Assembly (NCBI GenBank): GCA_965200315.1
Contig: OZ241362.1
Coordinates: 3,936,001 to 4,000,000 of the forward strand
Direction of reading: 5' to 3'
Origin: Candidatus Latescibacterota bacterium
Lineage (GTDB): Bacteria > Latescibacterota > UBA2968 > UBA8231
Length of the DNA stretch: 64,000 nt
The translations under genes and the position numbers were made by a program. The notes beneath the pieces are model-generated. The model saw only the letters and a list, made by a program, of their open reading frames with translations. It was not told where the DNA came from and searched no databases. The number at the start of each line of letters is the position of its first letter. The first letter of the stretch is position 1. Shown here in pieces: positions 38,101-52,110 of the stretch.

Positions 38101-39109
38101 GCAGGCCGATAGACTCGTCGCCTTCGTCGATGAGCTTGAACAACGTCGTTAGGTGGTCGTAGTAGTTGGTGGCAATGGCCGAGAACGTGTCCCCGTCCAC
38201 CATTCTGCGCGCAATATCGTCGCGGACGGGCTGGCGCAAACCATAGGCGTCGTACCGTGCGTCGTTGACCGGCAGCAGCCCTCGGTCCTCGGCATAGAGC
38301 ACAAACAGCAAGCGATAGAGAAAGATCAACGCCGCATCCCGGCTCGCGGCGAGGCTTTCTTCCGATTGCTTGGCAAGCGTATTGACGAGGCCGGGAAACA
38401 CCCGCTCGAACACCACCCCCGAAAGGTCCTGCGCCACCTGTTCCTCATAGCGACGGCCCTCAGCCAGCGCCGCTTCGAGAAACGTAGTCGTGGCTCCGTC
38501 CCGGCGCGTGAAGGAGTCGCGGCAAAACAGCAGATGAAAAACGCGCAGATCGTCTTCGTTGCCGGGCTTGAGTACGTCGGTGAGGTTGGCTTCAAAGTAG
38601 CCGCTCGCCCGCGGCCGAGCTCGATAGTCGTACAGCCGCCAGACGCTGCCATTGGTGAGAATACCCCAGCGAATGCGTCCCTCCGACTCGATCTCAGCCG
38701 TCTCCAAGTAGCGGAGAATCTGACCGTGCGGCGTCCCGCTCCGGTCCCGGCTGTCGAGCGCAAGCCCAAAGCGTTTGCTCTCTTCCACTACGGTCGCATA
38801 CTGGAAGGGATTGCCAGACCGCGCCTTGGATTCGGCGTCGGCGAAAAGCAAGTGATCGGGAATGTCCTCATGGCCGGCGGCACTTGGCTGAGGCACGTAC
38901 TCAGTCCATCCCAATAGCGCCAAAACCGGACGAATCAGCTCTTCCTCAGTGCGAGCTTCGTTGGGATTTCGGGAACGGCTGAGCGCGTCGTAATGTCGAG
39001 CAACGCCGTCCCTAAACGCAGCAAACGCCTCCGACTGAGACGCTTGCCACTCAGCCGTGGCCTTTATGCCGTCGGTGAGGAAGTAATGAGTGAATAATTG
39101 GCCGGACAT
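35129..39109 (-). CDS. Type IIG/IIL fused restriction-modification enzyme (Eco57I-like)
   Basis: N-terminal PDHLLF...EESK (PD-D/ExK) and WGILTNG..WRLY; RKDSGSFYT; motif I DPSMGSGHF; motif IV GNPPW; C-terminal target-recognition domain. Confidence 0.9.
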   Translation of the reverse strand: MSGQLFTHYFLTDGIKATAEWQASQSEAFAAFRDGVARHYDALSRSRNPNEARTEEELIRPVLALLGWTEYVPQPSAAGHEDIPDHLLFADAESKARSGNPFQYATVVEESKRFGLALDSRDRSGTPHGQILRYLETAEIESEGRIRWGILTNGSVWRLYDYRARPRASGYFEANLTDVLKPGNEDDLRVFHLLFCRDSFTRRDGATTTFLEAALAEGRRYEEQVAQDLSGVVFERVFPGLVNTLAKQSEESLAASRDAALIFLYRLLFVLYAEDRGLLPVNDARYDAYGLRQPVRDDIARRMVDGDTFSAIATNYYDHLTTLFKLIDEGDESIGLPPYNGGLFAATAAPLLEAVRLADADIAPIIYDLSHAEDSQGGRRFVNYRDMSVQQLGSLYERLLERTPVRGDDGNISIRPNPYARKDSGSFYTSQELVDLIVERTLKPLAEERLGAFEDQAAALKSDRRSKKERQTELERIDPAVAVLDLKVLDPSMGSGHFLVTAVDFLSDYIAELIEYVPAVPEWLDGEYASPLVERVAAIRDDICKRAAESNWVLDEAQLTDQAIIRRMVLKRCIYGVDKNRLTVELAKVSLWLHSFTVGAPLSFLDHHLRCGDSLAGLRVRDATDELHRLGGMFAGSAISGAEAATEGMQCIEEMPDAAVAEVRESAALFDGVEETTADLRGLLDFLCGWHWRTAGMKKKKRDEFEGPLVTTLGQHTAKAYELLARGPEEVGVADDTEFAELWREARTTANRERFLHWEVAFPGVWRQWQDARPHGGFDAVIGNPPWDRIKLQEVEWFATRAPELARAATAAERRKGIQRLRDRGAPLAAEFDAAKAQAESLSAIIRGGGDYPLLGGGDINLYSLFVERSMRLIKPNGFVGLLTPSGIYADKTAARFFQSVSTSGRVGGLFDFENKKIFFKDVDSRFKFCALILGGEKRQFDQTKCAFFLHDTKTIHDENRCFPLTPDDFARVNPNTGTAPVFRSRRDAEITRRIYECHPVLVDRSEGEEKRVWPVKYARMFDMANDSHLFRTAKQLDAEGFYPVEGNRWKKGEELYLPLYQGRMIWHFDHRANSVRVNPKSTHNPYLSEEVTEAQHADPGFLPQTQYWVPAANVESVIPQSHGWMLGFRDITNPTNERTMVASIVPQVGCGHTLPVLVPAERDFDSESAACLLANLNSFGCDYVARQKVQATHLTWYIVEQLPVIAPDAYNKKFGQITARDLVRDHVLRLTYTSHDMAPFARDLGYDGPPFVWNEEKRRHLRARLDALYFHLYGLDRKDAAYILDTFPIVRREDEAAFGTYRTRDMTLAYMNALAAGDAEAVVAV

Positions 39110-39136
39110 ATCAGGTCTTCTGGGCTAAAAGCTGGC

Positions 39137-39952
39137 TCATTCCTCAACCTCAGCCCACGCCCCCTTAGCCATCAGCCCGCCATCGACGCAGACATTCTCG
39201 CCAGTCATAAACGATGCCTTGTCGCTAGCCAAGAACAACATGGCGTTGGCGATGTCTTCCGGCTGCCCGTAGCGACCGAGCGGATGCAGCTTGGCGTAAT
39301 CCTTGAAGAACTGCTCGCGCTCGTGGCCGAATGCCTCGATCACCTCATCGACTAACGGCGTCTGAATGCCCCCTGGATTGACCGCCAAGACCCGAATCCC
39401 ATACTTGGCGTAGTCGAGCGCAAGCTGCCGCGTCAGGGAGATAATCCCGCCCTTGCTGGCGGCATAAGCCGAAACCATCGAAGCCGACTGCAAGCCCTGG
39501 ACACTCGCCGTGTTGATGATGACCCCCTTGCCCTGCTCCATCATCTGCGGCAGGCAGTGCCGAGCCATGAGGAAGAAGCTCTTCAGATTGACGTCAATGA
39601 TCCGGTCCCACATCTCTACCGGCAGCTCGTGGGCCGGCAAATAGCTGGGCACGGGCTGGATGCCGACGTTGTTGCACAACACGTCGATGCGGCCCCAATC
39701 CTCGATGATCTGTCCCACGGTCTGAGCACAGACCTCGTCGCTGGCCACGTCGGCCGCAAAGAAGCGGATCTGGCCCTCTTCGTTTCGGCTGAGCTCAATG
39801 TCGAAGCCCTCGGCCAAGGCCGCGCCAGCCTCCGCGTCTATATCCAACGCGGCGACCTGCGCTCCGGCGCCCGCGAACGCCCGCGAAATCCCCGAGCCAA
39901 TGCCCTTGGCACCGCCAGTTACGATAACTACTTGACCCGTAAAATCAGCCAT
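39137..39952 (-). CDS. Short-chain dehydrogenase/reductase
   Basis: TGGAKGIG, NNVG, YAASKGG and NPGGIQT. Confidence 0.93.
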   Translation of the reverse strand: MADFTGQVVIVTGGAKGIGSGISRAFAGAGAQVAALDIDAEAGAALAEGFDIELSRNEEGQIRFFAADVASDEVCAQTVGQIIEDWGRIDVLCNNVGIQPVPSYLPAHELPVEMWDRIIDVNLKSFFLMARHCLPQMMEQGKGVIINTASVQGLQSASMVSAYAASKGGIISLTRQLALDYAKYGIRVLAVNPGGIQTPLVDEVIEAFGHEREQFFKDYAKLHPLGRYGQPEDIANAMLFLASDKASFMTGENVCVDGGLMAKGAWAEVEE

Positions 39953-40042
39953 GACAATCTCCTTTATGATTTAATGAAATGCTCATTCGCCAATCTAAGA
40001 GGCGGTCTGCCCCCCATGCTTGCTTGGTGTGGGCTAGTCCGT

Positions 40043-40093
40043 AGCCTTGGCGTTAAGCGTTTTCCGAGGGCGAGACGCCCTCGAACCAAGGCT
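40043..40093. repeat. REP-like hairpin
   Basis: CGAGGGCG-AGA-CGCCCTCG (40065-40083) enclosed by agccttgg/ccaaggct; its core is the reverse complement of the core at 28942-28954. Confidence 0.6.
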
Positions 40094-40138
40094 CTTTGCG
40101 CCATCTGAGGAGCCGAACTTGGAGTGTTCAGACGGCTT

Positions 40139-41197
40139 CTAAGGCTCAGCGAGCTTTTTCAATTTACAACAAAACGCCTGCTGCCCCAGCACCTCAACCG
40201 GGTACACGCGCTCCATGTACAAATCCGGCCATGCGCTGAATGATTCGGCTAGCAAAGTGCGCTCGCTGGTCAAACACACGGCCACTCCACCGGCCTTTAG
40301 CACCCTTGCCACCTCGCGGGCAAAGCCCTCGTAGAGCGGGCGCAGCGCTTGCGGCGCGCCGATCTTTTTGCCAAAGGGCAAGTTGCACACCACCCGATCG
40401 ACGCTGCCGTCGTCCAAGGGCAAATCCCGCGCATCCCATCGGCGAATGTCAATCGGCTTGTAACGCGGGCCAACGTTTGTGCGGGTGGCAGCCACGGCTT
40501 CCGGGCGAATGTCGCCACCCAAAAGCTGGGCATAGCGGCCGTGCAGCCCTCGCTCGATGAGAATGGTCCCAGCCCCGCACATGGGGTCGAGAAAGACGTC
40601 GCTGTCCGCTGGATCGGATAGCATCACCAAGGCCCGCGCCACGGTCGGCCGCAGCGAAGCCTCCACTTGCGCGACCTTGTAGGTGCGGTGGCGCATGGTC
40701 TCGTCGGAAAGGCGCACCCCGCCGATCAGCTCGCCGGCGACCTCCAAGCCCCACACCTCCAACAGTGCTTGCTCAGCCACGTGCTTCCAGCGCGGGAAAC
40801 GCCACGCTACGGCCTGCTGCAAGGCGCGGCGCATGGCTTGGCGCACATAGCGCTGTTGCCCGCTGCGGCGCTGAGCCACAATTCGGTAGGTGATGCGCTT
40901 GATCCGCTTGGGGCGAGCGCGGCGATGCGCGCCGACCGCGTCCGCAAAAAGCGGCGACTCCGCGACGAGTGCGCCAGCCTGTGCCAAGCCCTCGCGCGTC
41001 GCAGCCACCGGGCCACGTGCCACCAGCGCAAACACATCCTCGGTCGTCCCCAATCCGAGCAAGGCTTGCGGCGGAGCGTCCGTTGCAAAGAACACCACGC
41101 CGCGCTGCTGGCCCTGCGGCTTGGCCCCCAAGCGCACCGCGATTTCTCGTTGGGCGATCTCCTCTAGCCCGGGGGAGACGAACGCGTAGAACTGCAC
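40139..41197 (-). CDS. THUMP-domain class I SAM-dependent RNA methyltransferase (UPF0020/Trm14-like)
   Basis: PGLEEIA..EI, ASLRPTVA, LDPMCGAGTILIE and CNLPFG. Confidence 0.85.
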   Translation of the reverse strand: MQFYAFVSPGLEEIAQREIAVRLGAKPQGQQRGVVFFATDAPPQALLGLGTTEDVFALVARGPVAATREGLAQAGALVAESPLFADAVGAHRRARPKRIKRITYRIVAQRRSGQQRYVRQAMRRALQQAVAWRFPRWKHVAEQALLEVWGLEVAGELIGGVRLSDETMRHRTYKVAQVEASLRPTVARALVMLSDPADSDVFLDPMCGAGTILIERGLHGRYAQLLGGDIRPEAVAATRTNVGPRYKPIDIRRWDARDLPLDDGSVDRVVCNLPFGKKIGAPQALRPLYEGFAREVARVLKAGGVAVCLTSERTLLAESFSAWPDLYMERVYPVEVLGQQAFCCKLKKLAEP

Positions 41198-41199
41198 GG

Positions 41200-41961
41200 T
41201 TATTCGTAGAGGTCGTCTAGGTCGGCGGCGGCCAGCTCGACCAAAAACTCGGCGAGTTGCGCGGCCACTTGCTCCAAGCAGCGGCGGCCCTTTTCCGGGG
41301 TGGCTTGGCGCGGGTCGCCAATGCCCGTGTCGTCGGTCGCCTGCGTCCAGTCGCGCTGGGTCCAGACCCAGCCTTCCCGCAGCGCGGCGAGCTTAAACTT
41401 GTGTTCGCAGCCGCTGCCCGCCGCCGACAGGGGCAACACCCAATCCGGCCGCAAGTACTGCATGAGGCTGGTTTCCATTTCGTTGGCGTGGTCGCCGCCC
41501 GCCGCGAAAAGCCCGGTATCGGCGATGCGGTACCAATCCATGCAGCAAATAAACATCGCATAGCGCGGCAACAGCTCCCGCACCATCTGCTTGAAGTCGT
41601 TGCCGCCGTGGCCGTTTACAATGAGCAGTTTGGGGATACCCTGATGGGCAAGGGCCGCGGCCAAGTCTTGCAGGACGGCGAACTGGGTCGAAGGATTGAG
41701 GTTGAGGTCTAACTTGATGTCGAGCTGGCCGGTGTTGACGCCAAAGGGCACAGTCGGCAAGACGATGACCTTGGCGTCCTGCCCCCAAGCGATGTGGGCC
41801 GCGGCCGCGACGATTTCGTCGCACTGTACCACGTCGGTCGAATAGGGCAGGTGGTAATTGTGTGCTTCCGTCGCCCCCCACGGGAGGATCGCCACCTCGT
41901 AAGGGGTGTGCTCTACGGTCTGCCAATTGGTCTCGGCGAGGATGTAAGGTCGGCCGGGCAT
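41200..41961 (-). CDS. Creatininase family amidohydrolase
   Basis: LPWGATEAHNYHLPYSTD, NGHGGN and HANEMETS. Confidence 0.92.
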   Translation of the reverse strand: MPGRPYILAETNWQTVEHTPYEVAILPWGATEAHNYHLPYSTDVVQCDEIVAAAAHIAWGQDAKVIVLPTVPFGVNTGQLDIKLDLNLNPSTQFAVLQDLAAALAHQGIPKLLIVNGHGGNDFKQMVRELLPRYAMFICCMDWYRIADTGLFAAGGDHANEMETSLMQYLRPDWVLPLSAAGSGCEHKFKLAALREGWVWTQRDWTQATDDTGIGDPRQATPEKGRRCLEQVAAQLAEFLVELAAADLDDLYE

Positions 41962-41971
41962 GGAGGCTCCT

Positions 41972-42523
41972 TTACGATGTAAGCACCGCTCGGTGCAAAG
42001 TCCAATACTCGGCCCCGGTCGGCTTGAGCATACTTTCGATCAATTCTACCGCCTTCACCGGAACCTGCAACCGCGGCAACTCACCGCTCCACTTGCTGCT
42101 TGGTGGGCGCACTTCCGCCCGCACCCGACCCAGCGTCACGTGCGGACGAAAGTCCCGTTCCTCTGGCTCCCAACCAGCGGCGCACACCACTTCTTCAACA
42201 TCCCGTTGCAACGCACCCAACCGTCCGTCCGCATCCGCCACACCAGCCCAAATAACCTTCGGTCGGCGGCGATTGGGAAAGCAGCCGCTTTGCTCTACAG
42301 GCTCGGTAAACGCTTCATGCCGTGCGGCAACCGCCGTCAATCCTTCCCGCAGCGCGGCGATTTGCGCGTCCTCAGCCGCGCCGAGAAAGCGCAGCGTCAA
42401 ATGGAGATTCTCCGGCCGCACCCAACGCACACCCTGCGCCGGCCACAACGGCCGCATCGCGTCGCTCAGCTTTCCCAATGCCGCCGGCACCCGGATGGCG
42501 ACGAAGGCGCGACTAACGGGCAC
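41972..42523 (-). CDS. thpR: RNA 2',3'-cyclic phosphodiesterase
   Basis: RAFVAI, HLTLRFLG and FRPHVTLGR (two HxT motifs). Confidence 0.92.
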   Translation of the reverse strand: MPVSRAFVAIRVPAALGKLSDAMRPLWPAQGVRWVRPENLHLTLRFLGAAEDAQIAALREGLTAVAARHEAFTEPVEQSGCFPNRRRPKVIWAGVADADGRLGALQRDVEEVVCAAGWEPEERDFRPHVTLGRVRAEVRPPSSKWSGELPRLQVPVKAVELIESMLKPTGAEYWTLHRAVLTS

Positions 42524-43313
42524 CGCAAGCCCGCAAGCAGGCGTTCAAATACCCCCGGCTCTCCGCCGCAATCGTCGCCACCTGCCCCAAGTCGTATTCC
42601 TTGGCACCAATCACTTCCAAGTTGGCCGCCACGTCTAGTCCCGATTCGTGCAGCACCTTGACGTACCCAAACAAATCGATGTGGCCCCGCCCACACGCCT
42701 GTAACTCCGGCGCCCCCGGCCCGCCTTCTGCCACAGCGCAATCCCGGATATGCACGTGCTTGACCCGCGAGATAACCGCCGCCAACGCCTCTACCGTATT
42801 CTCCCCCGCCCGATGGATGTGGCTCGGATCCATATCCACCCCAAACCCCGGCGAGTCGATCCGCTCCATCGCCCGCAACGTGGTCGGCGTATCGTAAATG
42901 CACTGCCCCACGTGCGCCTTAGCGCACAGCGTCACGCCGTATTCGTGCGCCCTGTCGGCCATCTTGCCCAGCAGCGCAACCTGCCGGTCGAAATCTTCCT
43001 CCACATCGCTCTTGCCCCCCGGGCCGACGTTGACGACGGGAATGCCGATCTCAGCACCAGCCGCAAACGCCAGCATTAGCCGCTCTTCGTCGAGCGCGGC
43101 TTCTTCCATCGCCAGTAATTTCAACTCGTATTTTTCCGCTAGCTCTTTGATTTGGTTGGCCTGCGCCTGCCAGTTGTCCAACTCCAAGTGCTCGCACATG
43201 CCCTTGATCGCCGCCAGTTCGACGCCGTCGTAGCCAGCGAGGTGGATATGGCGCATCGCCGTTTCCAGATCGAATCCTGCAAAGAGCACCGAATTGGCTC
43301 CTAAACGAATCAT
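42513..43313 (-). CDS. Sugar phosphate isomerase/epimerase (AP endonuclease 2 TIM barrel)
   Basis: GYDGVEL, DMDPSH, HVHIRD and GRGHID. Confidence 0.85.
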   Translation of the reverse strand: MIRLGANSVLFAGFDLETAMRHIHLAGYDGVELAAIKGMCEHLELDNWQAQANQIKELAEKYELKLLAMEEAALDEERLMLAFAAGAEIGIPVVNVGPGGKSDVEEDFDRQVALLGKMADRAHEYGVTLCAKAHVGQCIYDTPTTLRAMERIDSPGFGVDMDPSHIHRAGENTVEALAAVISRVKHVHIRDCAVAEGGPGAPELQACGRGHIDLFGYVKVLHESGLDVAANLEVIGAKEYDLGQVATIAAESRGYLNACLRACGAR

Positions 43314-43369
43314 TTTCGCAACTCCTCTTGGGTGATAAGCAATTGATTTTACTGAATTACCGAGCGGTC

Positions 43370-43398
43370 ATTATACGCAGATAAAAAGGGGGCGTCAA
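43370..43398 (-). promoter_or_regulatory. Sigma70-type promoter for the epimerase-thpR-creatininase-THUMP operon
   Basis: Minus strand TTGACG (43398-43393), 17-bp spacer, TATAAT (43375-43370). Confidence 0.75.
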
Positions 43399-43406
43399 TC
43401 GGCAGC

Positions 43407-43646
43407 GTGATTGGCTGGACCTCGTCCTGCCGCCTATATTACGACGCGAAAAGTTCGTACAGGACAGGGAAGCACGGCACTGCCCGAACCGCCCGTTTTG
43501 CTGCGGATATATGTCGCCTCAAACGGCACGGACATGGCGGAGGTGCCGGGACAGAATGGTTCCTCACTCATCTGAAGTTCCTCGACTCAACCGCCGAACT
43601 CCTCGGCCTCAAGACTCACTTCCCAGCGGCCATCGAAGTCGGCTAG
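43407..43646 (+). pseudogene. Possible C-terminal remnant of a GIY-YIG/T5orf172-like protein
   Basis: Short ORF containing GAGTEWFLT; no convincing start. Confidence 0.25.
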
Positions 43647-43657
43647 ACGCTGTTGGT

Positions 43658-43852
43658 CTAGGTATACCGCTGCGCATTTACATCCTCGATATCGCGCACC
43701 TTACGTGTAGTTACTTTGAAATCATGCCCCAAAACACCGAGGAGATTGAAAAGTACATCGAAGCTAACTTTTTCGATCTTGGTTCTATTTTCAATCTGGG
43801 CAATGCGCGGTTGGAAGACGCCGACCATCTCGGCCAGTTGGCCTTGCGTCAA
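43658..43852 (-). pseudogene. XRE-family HTH protein (antitoxin-like), probably 5'-truncated
   Basis: KLGLTQGQLAEMVGVFQPRIAQIEN...SFDVLFNLLGVLG helix-turn-helix; no RBS or clear first helix. Confidence 0.6.
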
Positions 43853-43859
43853 GCCAAGC

Positions 43860-43888
43860 TTGCTCGCTGCACATCCGTATAGTATACT
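43860..43888 (+). promoter_or_regulatory. Putative sigma70 promoter of uvrA
   Basis: TTGCTC (43860-43865), 17-bp spacer, TATACT (43883-43888), 41 nt before the ATG. Confidence 0.55.
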
Positions 43889-43929
43889 CTCTGATTCCGT
43901 TCTCCGCCCCTCGCGCCCTACACGAAGTC

Positions 43930-49595
<5,666 letters not shown>

Positions 49596-49599
<4 letters not shown>

Positions 49600-50249
49600 G
49601 CGAATTGTACCTGCCCCAGCGCGCCTTTTTCGAGTTCTCCTTTCGCTGTCCGCGGCGGCAGCAACATCCTAAGATCGACGGCAACTTGCGCGATTGGGAC
49701 GACGCCGAGCGCATACCCGACCTGATGGCTGTCGATGGCCAGCAGCCCTTTGCCTCGGTCTATATGGCCTACGACGACAGCGGCCTGTACTTTGCCTGCG
49801 AGGTCAAAAAAAAGACGACCTACAAGCTCAATCCGCTCCAACCCGCGGCCGGCGACAGCCTCGAACTCTTCATCGACACCCGCGACGTCAAGGAGCATCG
49901 CGCCAACCGCTTCTGCCACCGATTTTACGTCTTGCCCGGCGGCAGCGGCAAGGACGGCAAGCAACCCATAGCCCGCCAGACTTCCATCGAGGATGCCCGC
50001 GAACAGGCACCTCCTTGCCCGGAAGACGCGATTGAAACCGGCTTGCGCCGGCTCAAGCGGAGCTATCAGCTAGAGATCAAATTGCCGACCGCGGGTCTCA
50101 ATGGGTTTGCGCCGCGGGAATTCAGCCGGGTGGGGTTTGCGTACCTGTTGCACGACGCGCAGTACGGCACCCAGTCTTGGTCGTCGATTTCGGATATGGG
50201 CGTGGAACGCGATCCGAGCACTTGGGGCACGGCTGAGTTGGTGGGCTAG
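49596..50249 (+). CDS. CBM9/DOMON-like domain protein without a signal peptide
   Basis: ATGA overlap with the uvrA stop; PKIDGNLRDW, VYMAYDDSGLYFACEV, DSLELFIDT and YQLEIKLP. Confidence 0.75.
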
Positions 50250-50323
50250 GGGGTGCATTTTTGGATTGATTTGTTTTTAAGCCTATCTTTTCTCAACGCT
50301 AGATTCGGTTCACAGGAGATGAG

Positions 50324-52087
50324 ATGCACGATACTCTAGCGACGCTATTCAGAGTCGCCGTAGCGCACGACAAGCGCGAGGCCATTCTCACGCGGGAATC
50401 CGGGATATACTCCCCGATTTCTTCCAAGGAGCTCGAGCGGCGCGTCGTCAACTTGCACTTAGCCTTGCGCCGGGCGGGCCTAGGACGCGGCAGCAAGTGC
50501 GCCCTGCTGTCGGAAAATCGCTGGGAGTGGGCCGTTGCGGACTTTGCCATGATGACAGCAGGCATTGTCAGCGTTCCGATCTATCCCAATCTGCCCGCTG
50601 GGCAAGTCCAGTACCTGCTCGACCATTCCGAGGCTCAAGCCGTCGTTTGCTCAAATCGCCTACAACTGAATAAAGTCCTAGCGATTCGCCGAGAACTACC
50701 GCACCTAGATACCGTTATCACTTTCGATCCTATCGCGGAAGAGAACGCGACCCAACTCGACTCCTTGATAGGGACCTCCGATCCATCGCCAGAGGCCAAG
50801 AAGGCTTTCGACGAGGCCATCGATTCCGTCCAGCCTCACGACCTAGCGAGTATCATTTACACATCCGGGACGACTGGGACGCCCAAAGGAGCGATGCTCT
50901 CCCACGGCAATATCACCACCAATATCCGCGACTCCCAACTCGTCATCCGAAGGGACGATGTGGCACTATCGTTTTTGCCGTTAAGTCACATCGCCGAGCG
51001 GATGGCCGATTACGTTTGCTTTAAGATGGGCACGACGATTGCATACGCAGAATCGCTCGAATCGGTTTCTATAAACATTCAGGAAGTTCGCCCGACCGCT
51101 GCGGTGGGCGTACCGCGGTTTTTTGAAAAGATCCATGAGCGAATCGAGGAAGGGGTCGAAAGCGCACCGGTATGGCGCCGCAAGCTGTTCAATTGGGCGG
51201 TAGATGTAGGCAAGGCCGCAGTCCCTTACCGCTTGGCCGACGAACCGTTGCCCTGGTCGCTCAAGCCCAAGCATTGGATCGCGGATAAGCTGGTTTTCGA
51301 TAAGCTGCAACGGGCACTCGGCGGGCGGATTCGCTACTTCGTCTGCGGTGCTGCGCCGCTAGGGCGCAAGCTGGCCGAATTCTTCCACGTCTTTGGCCTG
51401 CCGATCTACGAAGGATACGGTTTGACCGAAGCCTCGCCGCTGGTGTCCATCAGTACGCCGAGCAATATCAAGTTTGGAAGCGTCGGCCAGATCATTCCCA
51501 ACGTCGAGGTGCGCATTGCCGCAGACGGCGAGATCCTAGTGCGCGGGCCGAATGTGATGCAAGGGTACTACAAGATGGAGAGCCTAACAGCAGAAGTCAT
51601 TGTCGACAGCTGGCTCTACACCGGGGATGTCGGCCGGCTCGACGACGAAGGCTTCCTGTGGATCACCGATCGCAAGAAGGACTTGATCAAGACTTCGGCT
51701 GGTAAGTACATCGTGCCCTCGCTCATCGAAAATCGCTTGCGTAGCAGTCCGCTCATCGACACAGCCATAGTCGTGGGCGAGCGCAGGAATTATCCGTGTG
51801 CTTTGATCGTGCCAAATTTTGAAAAGTTGCGGGCTTGGACGCAGTCAGCCGGGATTGAATGCACCAGCGACGAAGAAATTTGCGGCCAGCCCGAGGTGCA
51901 AGACCGCATCATGGCTGAGGTAATTATCCGGTGTGCAGAGTTGGCGCGATTCGAGAAAGTCAAGAAAATCGCCTTGATCGAAAGACCGTTTTCCATCGAG
52001 GAAGGCGACCTCACGCCGACCATGAAGGTGAAGCGGCGCGAGGTCATCGCTAAATACGCCCACAAAATCGACGCCATGTACGCCTAG
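50324..52087 (+). CDS. fadD: Long-chain fatty acid-CoA ligase
   Basis: IIYTSGTTGTPKG, YEGYGLTE, WLYTGDVG, ITDRKKDLIKTS and LTPTMKVKR. Confidence 0.92.
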   Translation: MHDTLATLFRVAVAHDKREAILTRESGIYSPISSKELERRVVNLHLALRRAGLGRGSKCALLSENRWEWAVADFAMMTAGIVSVPIYPNLPAGQVQYLLDHSEAQAVVCSNRLQLNKVLAIRRELPHLDTVITFDPIAEENATQLDSLIGTSDPSPEAKKAFDEAIDSVQPHDLASIIYTSGTTGTPKGAMLSHGNITTNIRDSQLVIRRDDVALSFLPLSHIAERMADYVCFKMGTTIAYAESLESVSINIQEVRPTAAVGVPRFFEKIHERIEEGVESAPVWRRKLFNWAVDVGKAAVPYRLADEPLPWSLKPKHWIADKLVFDKLQRALGGRIRYFVCGAAPLGRKLAEFFHVFGLPIYEGYGLTEASPLVSISTPSNIKFGSVGQIIPNVEVRIAADGEILVRGPNVMQGYYKMESLTAEVIVDSWLYTGDVGRLDDEGFLWITDRKKDLIKTSAGKYIVPSLIENRLRSSPLIDTAIVVGERRNYPCALIVPNFEKLRAWTQSAGIECTSDEEICGQPEVQDRIMAEVIIRCAELARFEKVKKIALIERPFSIEEGDLTPTMKVKRREVIAKYAHKIDAMYA

Positions 52088-52110
52088 GGATTTAGACTGC
52101 ACGGAGAAAC

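Noticed and set aside
35129-39109. BREX PglX or DISARM DrmMI system
   Set aside because: No pglZ, brxC, brxL, drmA or drmB in the window. The protein has its own N-terminal nuclease motif, consistent with a stand-alone Type IIG enzyme.
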